Source: Selaginella moellendorffii (taxonomy: Eukaryota > Plantae > Lycopodiophyta). From it: a stretch of 64,000 nucleotides of DNA. The translations under genes were made by a program, and so were the position numbers. The notes beneath the pieces were generated by a model. It did no database searches, was not told where the DNA came from, and saw only the letters and a list, made by a program, of their open reading frames with translations. Below are positions 33,790 through 47,100 of the stretch, one piece after another (within the stretch, counting starts at the first letter, position 1; every line of letters starts with the position of its first letter). The DNA lies in contig NW_003314325.1 in assembly GCF_000143415.4 (NCBI RefSeq), forward strand, positions 88,567-152,566, written 5' to 3'.

Positions 33790-36700
33790 TTATACTTTAG
33801 GATCTTGGTGCAAGATGTTGATGAAGATGTAGTACATATGTTTGCAAGGAGCATATGCCTTCTCATGTTCCTCGTGTTTTGTAAAGTCTGGACATGTGCA
33901 AGAAGGAAAGTCTTGAATGGCAATTGAGTACTCTCCACCTTCTGTTTTGACTATATACTCCTTTACAAGTGCAGTGATGTACTTTGTAAAGAGAATCTCA
34001 CACTCAAGTGTTTGAGCCAAGCTTATTTTACCCTGCTTCTGCTTGGAGATGGTACTAATAAATTTAACTGCCTTACCTTTTCTTGTTGGCCTCTTGTGCA
34101 TCTCTGTAGGAATAGTCTTGGTTCTGTCACTCATGTCTCCAACTCTCCTCTCAAGATTGAAACCAAATTTCTCAAGGTTTTCAATCTCATCCAAGGTGAG
34201 TGCGATCCCATTAGCAACTGGCCATTCTTTAGGTACTACATCAGGTTTAATCACTATAGTGTCTTCAAGCCGCTTCGTATGGTTGGCATCGGTGTTGCAA
34301 CAATACAACCAGCACCATCTCAAAAATCCTACTTATTTTCGTTCCCCATAGAAACATGGGGCTGGAACAGAAGCATATTTATCACCACGAATCCAGGCTC
34401 AACAATTGCCCCTCGGAAGCATCCCCATACACCTTACATTCGATTTTGCTAGCATGCGTCAGATTGCCCATTTTTTCGGCTTCACACTATGGTAAGCAGT
34501 TGTCGTGAATGTGACTTCGGGTATCGAAAGATACTTGTCGGCCAGTCCTTACGGGCACTCTTTCCTTACTACCATGACGGCAAGAGGTCGGTATTGCTAG
34601 TTCCCTTCAATAGCCCCTCTTGTCCAAGTGTTAGTTTACTGGGCTTAGCATCTGTACTTAGCCAGATGGACATAAGGTAAGAACTCCTATGTGTTTCTAG
34701 CTGAGCATTCTCGGCCTGGCTCTTAGTTCTCTTTTGCTCTGTCTTGCACTGGCTTGGCAAGAACCCTCGCGTATTGAGACTAGTCCCTCAATATCGCTGA
34801 ATGCTAGCTTACCGTGTCTACCAAACACCCTTGCTATCACGCCCTTTTTGTTAGTCTTATTTCGGTCCCAAATGCTATTTATGGAAAGTGTCTAGATTAG
34901 CTTATTTTGCATATCTACGGAATGTAGAGATTGGCCTGAACACAATGGTGTTCGTCCCGTGTCCAAATTCGCAATCTAAGAACATTCCATATTTAGTAAG
35001 TTTCAGACTTGTCCCAGAGACTAACTCTTGGTACTAAGAGAGGTTTGGGGTGAAAGCCCAAAGCATGTGTCCCTCAAGGGGGAGGAGGGGGGGGGGGGGG
35101 GGGGGGGAGGGGGCTGTGGGGGGTTCCAAATGTATAGTAGGGATAGTGGTCGGATTGCATGTTCGACCACCTGAGACATTAGTTTGGCTCCTGCTGGGCT
35201 GTGTCGCTCCTTGTTCTGTGTTCGGCTTGGGTCTAAGCCCAAGCTTCACACTGCTCTAGTCGGTGGGGTACCCTCCTCCTCGCGTTAGACCATTGGTATG
35301 CTAAAATTGTGTCAGACTCCGTCTGACACAATTTTGCGTGCAGGTGTTGGATACGGGGAGCTGGTGCTCATGGGATTGTACTGGACCCTCGTTTCGTAGT
35401 GCAACGGGCTTGGAGTTCGGCTCCAAATTCATGTGCGCTACAGCAGTTTTGACCTATTGTGATGCACTTTCTTCATCAGCCACTTAAGGTGGCTTGGTCC
35501 GAGAGCGGTGTTTTGGAGCAAAATGGTACTCGATATCATGCCTGTGAGAGCTTTTTGCTCCAAGGTCTATACCAACATCTTCACCAGCAAAGGAAAAACG
35601 ACGCTTTGAGTGGACAATCTTCATATCACCAATAGAAGCTCGAGGAGTGTACTCCATAGATGTGCCACAGACCACTTCCTCAACTATAGTTGCCACTGTT
35701 CGGGTGGGTGGAGTTAATTTTCTCTTCATCCTATCATGTAACATCTCAACAAAAGGCCTTGTTCCCATGTATCTTCCTTCCTCAAATGCTAATGCTTTTG
35801 AAGATTGCTCTATAGCATGTATTAAATCAGATAAACAAGCTTCGTATAGACTCATCTTCCCTTTCCCTGTCTCAAAGGAACACCAACTCCAGTGTTTACT
35901 TTCGAAGAGATTCACAGTTAGGGTGTATGTGAGGTCCTCAAGTGGTTGATCCTAATAGAAAAGGCAATATTAAAAGGTAATGAAATGAGAAGAAAAAATA
36001 GAAACCAACCTGAAAAGAGTGATGTCTCCACTGGAACATCCTAACTTCCCACCACCTTAACTATGACTCAAGTTGTAGTAGACAATTTATGTCTGTATGG
36101 CCATCTTCACACCACCACATTCGGATCTCGTTTGTTTTTGCCTCATGCTCTTCTTCAAAAGGTGTAGCCTGCCATTGTTCGCACAACTTCTTAAATGCTA
36201 ATTGGAAATCTGGTTTGATAAGGTGGCAATGTTGGTTTAGGCTTTGAGCCCAATGGAACTCACAAGTCCTCTCACGACATTTTAGGGATTGACCATTCCC
36301 AAAGACTGCCCAAACACCATTCCAATTAGCCCTAGCCCCATCTGCCATGAAACCGTGAAAGTTTGCAAATTTACCAGTCCGCTTTAAGACAATATCGGAG
36401 AGGGACTTCCAAAATATTTCCTAGGCTATCTGATCTTGTACTTTAAACTCTGCTGTCGCAATTGTCAAGTTACAATGTAGTTTGTGAAGACACAAATATT
36501 ACAACAATTTCAATATAATGAGAATAAAAATTACCTTGAATCATACACATGAGCTCCTATGGTTGTCCAACTTGATACGCGCTCCATATGGTCAAAATGT
36601 ACACATGCATTTGCAAGATCATTAAAGCTAAACATGTCCATTTGGGAGACAAGATCTACACCAAAGGCAGGGCCCATGGTAGACATTTTGAAAACAAAGA

Positions 36701-37937
36701 GGTGCTCTTGCTCATTCACAACTTAGTCTGGAAATAAATTTCTGTGGATAAACTCGTATGGACAGGTCCATTTCAATTCAAGGATAGAGTCAATTTTTGA
36801 TTGTAACTTCCCCTCTCAAGATTCACATATCCAAGATTTTATCCTAAACAATATAATGTAAAAAAAAGATATTATTATAACATATGAAATATAACGGATG
36901 TACCTCCTTAGGCTAGTAGGAGGTTGTACTCCTCGTAGTAAGTCCCGCAAGCTAGCCTCGTTTAGTTGAGTCTTTTTGCAATCTGGATTGAGTAAGGTGT
37001 TTGCAATAAAATCCTTGAGGACGGTCTTCTGAACATGCTTTGAAGTTGTAGATAAGTTTCTTATAGTCTCTTCCTGCACAACATCTTTGAAACAGTTGAG
37101 AGAATTCCTTTATATCCCTTCTTGCATTGGATGCATGTATGTGCCAACATGCACTGTAGCTTTTCCAACCACTCCATCTCGTGGAAGAAAGTAGTACATC
37201 TTGGCCTCGCAGATAGCATGACATAGAGGAGCATTTTTGCAGAATCGACACTTGAATCCAACAGCAATGGTGGCATAGGCTGGAGGATTGACTGTAGACC
37301 CTTCGAAAAATATAGAATTTCTACAGTGGTCTTGATTGCATGCTTCATCCACACAATCTAAATGCCCGCCACAATGAACTATAGACACTGTACCTTCAAA
37401 ATGTTGGAAGTGTGTGGTCTTGATCTTGTACCAATTGTGGACATCCTGTTTGGTTTCCATCCCTTTCCATTTGGAATTTGTGTTGCTAACAAGAGGTGGT
37501 AACTTGAAGAAAATATTGATGTTGTAAGAGGATGGAAGCTCACTCACAAGCCTATACAAAAACAAGTGCACGTTGATTGAGAGGCGCGAAAACTGGAAAG
37601 CATTGCTAATAGCTTTGAATATTGCTAAAGCTGAAGCTAGAGCAGAAGTTGGAGCTGGTGAATTCGGTGCCGACACAAGCATGACTTCTCCACTTGAACT
37701 AGAAGAGGACGAGAGGATAACGACTGACTCTTGCTTCATATTCACTTTGGCTGAAGTGCATTTTGGCACTTTGACTGGAAATCCAAAAACTCGAATCTCT
37801 TTCAACTTAAAATTCTGTAAATCCCATTGTTGTCCAACCTCACCCACACCAGAAAAAGGAACCTTCGAGCATGCAACTATACCAGTGTCATTGCAAATCA
37901 TAGCCTTTAAAGAAATAGAGCCAAGACAAAAATCCAA
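33790..37937 (-). pseudogene. MULE-type transposase with SWIM zinc finger, interrupted by stops and a solo LTR
   Basis: Cys-rich N-terminal region (CGGHLDC...C; CRFC...C; C.AKMYY). Catalytic-region motifs VHFDHMERV, HGFMADGARANW and RTCEFHWAQS. C-terminal SWIM CTCPDF...CKH. Confidence 0.8.
34501..35442 (+). mobile_element. Solo LTR (TG...CA) with 5-bp TSD GCAGT, same family as 62172-63396
   Basis: Starts tgtcgtgaatgtgacttcgggtatcgaaag and ends tgcgctaca. GCAGT on both sides. Long similarity to the LTR at 62172. Confidence 0.9.
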
Positions 37938-38889
37938 ATGCCAATATAAAAAACTTTCGGAAATAGTACTCTAAGAGAATGAAAGAGGTGGGTGATCTTG
38001 AAAATGAAAAAGAAACCTCTCCATCCTTCTCAATAGGTTTTGGAATTCTCTCTCTTTATGCTACTTGTAAGAATCCATAGTGAAACATAATTGAAATTTA
38101 AATAGAGCAATAAGAAGAATATCAACAACGTATAAAATGAATTTAAATTCTATAGCAAATTTAACATGTGCAAGTGTGACAGTATTAATATTACTGTCAT
38201 TTATTATGATGTCTGATGCATGTATACACATAGATCCAAGGAAGGATTTTCAGCACGTGAAGTTTGATAGTTAATAATGATACCAATAATGACATTCTGC
38301 TATAGCGTGTCAAACCAAGAGATCCAATTTGACTGTTAGCATGTGTGATATGTCAAGTTGTCAAATTTTAAGTGGTAGATGATAATAAATCTTGTCAAAT
38401 CTTATTCTTCAATGAGAGATTTGATTTTTAGTGCAACTCAAGTTTTATCCATAATTGTGAACACTGCTCAATGACATTTAAAGCACGTGCCTATTGTTTA
38501 GGATCTAATACAACACAAAATAAATTTTTGGATGAGGATTCATAAATTCATAGATGGATATAGTACAACATATTTTAATGTGCCATATTTATACTCTTTA
38601 AAGTTCTTGTAACGATTCCAAAATATGTACAAAATATTGATAACAATGCATCTTTCTAGATAATTTGTAAAAATTATATCTAATAACAGTAACGTTGATA
38701 GTTGCTAGTTATATCATCATTAAAATATACAAAATAAAGAACCATAATTCACATATAATAATAATGATAAGATAAAATAAGATCGAAAGAATTGTGATGG
38801 TTGAGATTTAGGTTATTTGGAATGAATGGCCAGGATGAGAGATTGGTTAGGGTTAGGGCAGCCGTTAGGTTACTATTCATATCATGAGT

Positions 38890-39180
38890 GGAGCGCGCGA
38901 GAGATTGATGGATTGAGCGTGAAGAAGATCGAAGGATTGAGCGCAGAGGAGATTGAGGGATTGAGTGCGCAAGAGATTGAGCGATTGAGTGCGCACGAGA
39001 TCGAGAGATTGAGCATGCAAGAGATCGAGAAATTGAGCGCGTGAGTGGGAGAGATTGAGCGCGTGAATGGGAGAGATTGAGCGCGCGAGCGGGAGAGATT
39101 GAGTGCGTGAATGGGAGAGATTGAGCGCGCGAGCGGGAGAGATTGAGCGCATGAGCGGGAGAGATTGAGTGCGCAAGAAA
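38890..39180. repeat. ~22-bp tandem repeat (GAGATTGAGCGCG...)
   Basis: Directly visible tandem copies inside the MULE. Confidence 0.85.
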
Positions 39181-39289
39181 TCCAGCACAATCAAGAAATC
39201 GGGAAGGAAAGATGCCACCAAGGGTGAGTTTCGATTTGATTTCTTCCACTTCTATATTTTTTCTTCTTGCTTCTTTCTTGATTGCTTCT

Positions 39290-39665
39290 TCAGGGCCAAC
39301 CACCTTGGGCACTTTGGCCGCTTGAGGGGCCGAGGTTATTTGAATAACCTCAGCCCCTTGGGGGGTGCCCAAGGTCAAGCTCGGGCGGGCCACCTCGGGC
39401 GCTTTGGCCGCCAAAAGGGCCGAGGTTATTTGAATAACCTCGGCCCCTTAGGCAGCCAAAGTGCCCAAGGTCTTTCTCGGGCTAGCCACCTCAGGCACTT
39501 TGGCCCCCCGAGGGGCCAAGGTTATTTGAATAACCTCGGCCCCTCGGGCAGCCAAAGTGCCCGAGGTCTTTCTCGGGCCGGCCACCTCAGGCACTTTGGC
39601 TTCCTAGGGGGCTAAGGTTATTCAAATAACCTTGGCCCCCTGGGCAACCAAAGTGCCTAAGGTGG
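39290..39665. repeat. Four ~90-96-bp units, each centred on a palindrome RAGGTTATT-NN-AATAACCTY
   Basis: Cores at ~39332, 39422, 39518 and 39614, extended by flanking GGGGCC/GGCCCC arms. Confidence 0.85.
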
Positions 39666-39752
39666 AGTTTGGGCCCACTTGTTTTTTTTTTTTCTTTGAT
39701 TGTTTAAATTTCTTATTATCTTTATTTAGTTAGACTAACAAAATTTTTTCTC

Positions 39753-42690
39753 TTGCAGAAAAGGAAAATTGTACCTCATAAAAAGGTTATTGGAGCCAAG
39801 AATTTACGAGAAGTTCAATTCGGCACTGATGACAACATGATGATCGATATGTCCATTGGCACATCAACAAAAACACATTTACTTAGAGATCCACTGCCTC
39901 CACCACCATCACCTCCACCATCACCACCTCCACCACTACCATCGCCACCTCCACCACCACCATCACCATTGCCATCACCACTGCCACCGCCACCATTGCC
40001 ACCCCCACTACCACTATTGCCTCCGCCCCCGCTGCCACCACCACCACCCCCACCATCACCACTGCCACCTCCACCTTTACTCCTCATTGGCCCACCACCA
40101 ACACAAATCCCTGAAGTTAGGCAATCTAGTGGTGTTCACGATAGGGAAGCTGAGGAAGAACAACTTGGAACTGAAAGAGTTGCAGACCTTCCTAAAAATG
40201 TGGTGGACAAGCGCTTCCAAGAGACTATTATGCAGACAAGGGAAAAAATAGTTCACCAAACACTTGAGGTGCTCAACTGGCGAAACCCTTGTGACTTGAT
40301 CGGAGAAATCCCACTTTGCCGTTTGCAGCAAACGAACCTTGTCTGCACAGCATCTAAGTATGTCAACCCAGACATATACAGCTTGTTCAAACAAAATGGC
40401 CTTGCAACATATATCGGTATGTTTCTAGTCTCTTTTTGCAAGCCAAAAACAACAGAGATCGTTACCATCACACTCGAGATTGTGAATAGCTGGGATCCTA
40501 TTTGGAAGAGAAAGTCCTTGGAATTTGATAACATGTTTATCAAACATCCTAAGACTTAACAGCTTGCGGGGACAATGTTCCAAATTATTGACGATAACCA
40601 CCGATATGGGGCTTGGATGAAGTGTATTGACGATCATTTTCATGATGATCCCATCTACCATATCAACGTTCCAGTTACTCATGTCTATGCAAGAGGACCT
40701 TTGGATGTCAATAGACTTATCTTGGCTTACCAAAAGATCAATACGTAAGTTTTATAATTTTACCTCTAACTCCACTTTAACTTGTTTTGTCGTGTTTAAA
40801 TGCAGGCTTGGGCAGTTTGCTGTTCCAAAGCAAAACCTTGTCCATGACATCGAGCAACTTCAATTTTTGGCAAACTTGAGTGAGGATGATATCCACCAAC
40901 ATTATGGTGATGATCTCGCAACACTTGTTTAGCACTCACGCACTCGAAATGATGGTACAACTTAGTTTAACAACCCAATCAGTTTTATGCTCGTTGTATA
41001 GTGTGTCTTTCCCTTTCATTTTATAAGGACCTTTTTTAATTGTTTTGGTTTTTAGCCTTTGGTGAAGGTCAAGCAAAATTCTTACAAACTTGCATATCCA
41101 AAGAAGAGTCAGGAAGAGCTCTCGGCTGAGTTCGTACAAATTGAGCACAAAATTTAACATGCAAAGTCTTCAAAGTTGAAGAAACTAGTATGTATTGCAA
41201 ACAATTGTAGGCCGAAGGAGCGGCTAGAGACTATAGTTGAAATTTCTTCTCATGAAAGTAAGTTTTTTATCACACTTCATTTTTCTCAATTACACATATG
41301 TTACTTTTGCAGTGAATAAAACTCCAGATGACACGATTTACAATATCGTAAAATCAAAACTTCCATATAAACAACAGATAGAGACTCTGGAGTTCCTCAA
41401 TGTCTACTTGATGAACAAAGAGAAAGGACTGCCAGAACTATTTGAGAACATGATGAGAAGAGCTGTCTACATCACGCAAACTATAAGTGAAGGTGAGAAG
41501 TTTTTGGCACTACACATTAGTGACGATCCAGATGGCACATTCATGTCTTTTGACACCTACATCAACACATCATTGGAAGGGATCAAAGAGGGATGGCTAC
41601 TAGAGAAGTTTACAAGCACAACAACTTATGATTGCCAATATAATCAGCCTTATTTCATGCAACATGCAGCTTACAAGTATAATATAATTTCTAAGACTTT
41701 TTTTAAATATATATTATTTACAGGTATCTTCGATATAGTGGCATGCCATTTGAGGCACCAATTTGCACTTGACTTGTTGCAAAGGGCGTAAAGGATGGAG
41801 GGATGTACCCAACAATGTTTGCGAGAGTTCCGAAAGCAGGGAAGATAAAATGCCCATGGGAGTTGGAGCTCCTAGGGAAGGAGACATCTACACTAGACCA
41901 TGAGGAAGTTGTCAATATTAGCAACGATAGCAATGCAAGTGACGATGGAGACGAGAATGAGGAAGCTCCAGATGAAGTTCGTGTTCCACCACTAGACAAC
42001 CAAGATCAGGCTCTAGTTCAACCATCAAACAACCAAGATCCGGATTAGGTTCTCCCAGTAAATAACAATGATCAAGTGGTTCACAGAATATCACGTCAAT
42101 CTCGAGATAAGCAAAAGTGAATTTTACAAACTAAAGGTGGTAATACATGTTTTTTGCAGCAATGACTGTTAGTAGTAATTTCATTCCAACTTGATGAGAT
42201 GCTCATAAAGAAGAGTTGGAGGAACTTTCATCAACAACACGCCATATGACGATAGTATATTATTTATTGCTTTTTTCGTTCACTTAGCTCTTTTATAGGT
42301 CTGTCCTGTGTCCCCAATAACACAACAAGGCAATGTGGGTATCTTCATTGGCTCTTACAGTAGATTGTTGACATCTTTCACAGAAGATGACATCAACATG
42401 GATATACGATGCTAGTTCAACCATTGGTGCCGAAAGATATAAAGGCCCTTACTCCCAGTTGCGGACTTCATTCTCTTCGACTTTCCAGATGGTCTTTTAG
42501 ATATTGATGGGAAAGTTGAGAATTGGAACTTTCTCACACCTGACCACATACGTGATGCATTCCTCTTGTCTGAAGCACCTATGCTTGAAGCTGGCCATGT
42601 TGTCTTCATCCTACCGAACAACCCCAACTAGATGTATGAGCTTATGATGTATGCAGTAGAAGTTCATTTCAAGTCATTCTCTTCGGGGTG
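39753..42690 (+). pseudogene. MULE cargo gene: Pro-rich region + ParB/Srx-like domain + degenerate DNA amino-methyltransferase-like domain (multi-exon, with stops)
   Basis: Reading through TAA 40557-40559 gives MFQIIDDNHRYGAWMKCI, like the ParB-type DGNHR motif. Near 42455-42615: VADFILFDFPDG...W...AF......MLEAGHVVFI, resembling D-L-I-x-x-DPPY...L...G of N6A/N4C MTases. Confidence 0.5.
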
Positions 42691-42835
42691 CATCATGGAT
42701 CTATCCACCATGCTTCCACATCTCGCATAGAGATTCACCAAACTACTCTCAACAAACGCGTCGGTTTCCCAGCCACTTCGTCTTGCTAGAGCATGAAGAG
42801 ACATCCCTCTCTCCAGAGCCTTCACCTTTACGGGC
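42688..42835 (-). pseudogene. Captured PLS-PPR gene fragment inside the MULE
   Basis: KALERGMSLHALARRSGWETDAFVESSLVNLYARCGSMVD is a typical PLS-PPR motif, with no rest of the gene present. Confidence 0.75.
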
Positions 42836-43546
42836 TTCCCGTCTATTCTCTGGCCTTCTTCACTGGCAGCCAGACAGGTACACACATCGACGTCCAAGGG
42901 AAGCCTGAAAAGGTGAGTATATATTTTATATATTTATCTGGTAAATTGGTGTTTGCTATTGAAGAACATCATTTCTTCAAACACCGGCTCAGAGGATTTC
43001 GTGAGTTGCCTCTAACCTCAAGGAGGTAAATTATGTTTGTTAAAATTTCAATATATGTTTAATTCTAGTTTATAGATTACAGTCACCTGGAGTTTCTAGA
43101 ATTGGAGGCTTTGGAAGTCTCCCTGACTATGCAAAAGCCATGGCTCAACATATGCAATGTGAATTTTCCCCACAATACCAATAAAGGAGGAAGCATAAAA
43201 GAAATCAATATGTTGATGATGAGGCAAAAGAAAGTTAATTGCATCCTTACATAAAATAAAAAGCTTGTTATATGTCAAATGTTTGTGAAAGTGTCAAATG
43301 TTAGTAAAATTGTCAGATGTCAGTGTTAGTATTAGATATCATAATTGCAAGTTATCATTCTCACCTGTCACCATCACTTTGTAGCGCTTATGTGTTACCA
43401 TCTCCTCCTTTAACATTTTGTATACAATTGTATGTGATATAATAGCACCTTCTAGAACAAAGTATGTTACCTACAACTAATATCATTTTATTATATTTTT
43501 ATTTTAATAGTGACAATACTATAGTATAGTAAAGTAATTCTTGATC

Positions 43547-44128
43547 TTACATTCCACTGTAGGGTGGCCTAAAAATCCCATATTTTGCACTAGCCGATGC
43601 AGTGTTTCCCAAGGGGATTTTGTTCCTCACTATGAAGCAATAGTGGGTATGTGTCCGTAACTCATTCTTGAATCTATTGTACATCCACACGTGCACATTT
43701 TCTAAATCTAGTGCTAGGCAATTGTTATAGTGCTCAAGAAAAGTTTGTAAACCCATAGAGCCATTTGTCTTGTTCAAGAAAAAGTAGCATATTAGACAAC
43801 GAATGTAATAGTGTTCTGTGCTTTCAAATAGTCCTGCCATGTCAGAAGCAAGATCTTGCAAAAACATGTGGCATTACTCTTGAAGTGCTAGAAGCAATCC
43901 CTCTCTAGTAACAAGATTCAGAATTTCATATATAGGGAGCTCTAATTCAACTTCACTAGAGCCCTCAACAGAAAAAAGATTGTTATGTGGAGGTGAAGGT
44001 GGAATTTTAGTAAAACTTGGGGATGGAGGTGGAGATTGATATAAAATGTTGGGGGGCCAAGTACAAGTAACAATGACTCTCCTTTGAGCTATTTCAATAC
44101 AAACTTCTAAGGAGCTCAAGGAGAACAA
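43547..44128 (-). pseudogene. Additional unidentified MULE cargo ORF (one in-frame stop at ~43874)
   Basis: Two consecutive same-frame ORFs (43874-44128 and 43547-43867) with protein-like composition in otherwise AT-rich DNA. Confidence 0.4.
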
Positions 44129-47100
44129 AAAACCTACGATGACTATAACTTTTCTAGATAGTTTATATACTAAGTTTTAGTCTTGGGAATGAAATTTATT
44201 TATTATAACATTGACAATGCTCAAATTCTTTAAATGTTAGTCTTGGAAATAAGGCTTCATAATCATAGCTTTCTTGTAAATTTAAGAGCTTCTAGAATTT
44301 TAGATTATCGTGTATACACATGCTCTATCATTTTGATGAAATCCTACTTTGCTACACATATATTCTTTTCTACACATGCCAAATGTCTAGGGAAATAGAC
44401 TGCAAGGAAATATAGATCACGTTATAGTGGTAGAGCACGTTGGCACGCTACCATTCTTTCATGTGAGATTGCTTTTCAATGTTGGAAATGTAGATAAAGT
44501 TGATTCTTTAATGTGATATTACTTTTGAGTCTTTCGAAAGATTTCGATTTCTTTTATTATTATTCAGAAACAACTTCCGAAAACTTTTAATGAGGATTCA
44601 CTGCAAAAATATACCTTGGTCTTATTATATGACAGGATTGCAATATAGGTAAGCAACAAAGTTTTTAATATGATTTAGTATGTAATTTACAAATGTTATG
44701 GAAAGTTTTATGGAGTAGATTTCTTAGTGCTTTCTGCCGTGTTATTCATTTCTTCATTTCTCTTGTTCTAAACTGTTGTTTCAGAAGTAACAGGAGCATT
44801 TTTATCAATCGTGATAGTGGTCTCCATATTCCCAGATGGGTAATAAGGACCAAGAGTGTAATATGGAGATTGTGGTAGTGAAACAAAATTAATATTCTCA
44901 CATTCTTTTGCATTACAACTCTTATTCATGGATCTTGTATTTTCCTTTCTTCCCATCTCCTCAAGAACCATAAAAATCTTTTGAATGAAGGAATAGCTGT
45001 AAAAGTATTCAAAATATTAAGTAGTCAAATCAAAATATGACAACTGTAACAGTAGTCATAATAAAATAATATAGTTTTATAAAAGATAGGTTCTCGTGAA
45101 ATTTGAATTTTTAAAACAATTTAATCTTATAGAAACTTTTAACTCAGATATTTATGTATTTAAATATTTTATAGTTTGCTAGAACCTTCATTTGTTCAAT
45201 TTAGATTTCCTTTTTAAGACTTCTAGTTGATTGTGTTGAGTTGAGTTAATTTGTGTTGAATTGAGCTCAACTCGTGAGCTCAATTCAACTTTGGACCATC
45301 CCCAACTTATGGAGGCTATGAATGAGACTCCTCTAAGTGGTCGGAGGTGTGGTTAAGTGATTAAAGTAGAATGAAAAAATTAATCGCTTACAAACCTTTG
45401 CCAAGTAGCTTTTTGCTGCAAAGAACAACATGAAAGCAACCATTGACTTCAACCTTCCTAATTTTGTCCTCTTTTCTCCAGAGCAACTTATATTTCTCAA
45501 AAAGTTCACTCCCTCCTCCAACTTCTCTTTATAGTGGTTTGGAGTTTATTTCATCCACCACCAAGTGAACGGTGGTTCCTATGTGCTTGCAATAAGACTG
45601 GCCATGAGTTTTCATATGCTCATAATCATTGCCAACTCAAAGCATTCATATAGTGATTTCTTTCTTTTTTCTTTCTTTTTCTTTTTTTGTTTTTCCACAT
45701 TCTTTTATCTCTCCTCTTCTATTTTCAGAATTTGCTACCTTGGGCTGTGGGTTCTAACTTGGATTTTAGCTACAATGTTGCATCAACTCCTTTCGTGTGT
45801 ATCTTGTCTTGGTGAGTTCTTAACTATTTTTAAAATCCATCACCTTCACTTCATTCCACCATTCATCATCACCACAAAATCACATTCCAAGATCACACAC
45901 TATTCTTTTTACATATTGTTGCCCATTCTTCGTGATTAATATTTATATTGGGATCTTAGTAATTTCATCCACTTTTTATCCATAGTACTCAATATGCATT
46001 TACATCACTTAACTACAGCTATAAATACCTTTTGATAGCAGCAAAAATTATTCAAATCCAATATGCCATTTACAAGTTATAGCTGTGACTTTACATTGTT
46101 GTAAGGTACTAGTATATTTGGAGCAGTTTTTCTTTGAGCCAACATCATCCAGCATATGGAGAGCACCTAGGCAACTTTCTTGAGCAAGTTATTAGCTGTA
46201 AACACTTTTTCTCTGGCTCTAGGCATCTATCGATAAATGCTACCATTAATCAAACAATGTTTCCAACACTTTGTGCCATCTATAGTAGCTGCAACTTCTA
46301 ATTTCAAGCCATTACTATCAATATTTATCTTTTCATTATCATAATCATTCATCCCCACACTCTTGGCTTCATTCAATCTTTCACACTTTCACCATATTCA
46401 CTCACTTTTACACTTACCATTATTTGGCAATGCATCCATCACTACTATCCATTCCCAAAACTTTTGAGGGTGGTCCAAGAGCTTGTTAGAGGAACTTTAT
46501 ATAAGTTTAGGGATAAGATCTAAATATAATTTTTACTATCCTTTGGTTTATTTACTTCTTTTATTACTTCTTTTTTATTTTTCTACTTTGTTTTCTCCTC
46601 TCTTTTTTTCTTTTTTACTCTACTTTTCTGAAGTGTTTAGTTTGTGCCTAGAGTTTTCTCACTAGATTTTCCCTTTAGTCCCAAACTCCACACTATCTCG
46701 CTTTACATTTCACTTTTTCTCTTCACTTTTTATTATATTTTTTCTTTTCTTCATCTTGCATTTCCCTCTTTTAGACATTTAATGTAGCACCTCAACACAC
46801 TTTCTTCAGCTTGGTCATAGATTCTCTTCACACTAAAGTCCATTCAATCCCCTATGGTCGTCTATGTGGAGCATAGTTTAGAGCACTAGAAACATTCCAA
46901 AAATATTCCTCTCTCTTTGCATAAAAGCCCTATAAGTGAATGATGGCATTTAGAGCAATTAAAAAGAGTTTAAGTTTGTGATGGAGGTATGGAAAGCTTA
47001 GGTTAAGGGAGATAACCTTTATCTCAAAACACCCTTTATTGATTGAATAAAATTAAACTTCAAGAGCTTAAGGAGTTAGTTAATAAAGGGTATATTAGGT

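Larger units (their letters stand above)
32720..45291. mobile_element. ~12.6 kb Mutator-like (MULE) DNA transposon with cargo genes
   Basis: Terminal inverted motif TTGAGCTCACGAGTTGARCTCAATT at ~32744-32767 and reverse complement at ~45259-45283. Direct repeat TGGACCAT flanks both ends (32712-32719, 45292-45299). Contains MULE DDE and SWIM remnants. Confidence 0.75.

Noticed and set aside
39815-40251. Gly-rich and His-rich ORFs, and an extensin-like call for the Pro-rich ORF
   Set aside because: These are alternative frames of a (CCA)n tract. The Pro-rich frame lacks a signal peptide and belongs to the transposon cargo gene.
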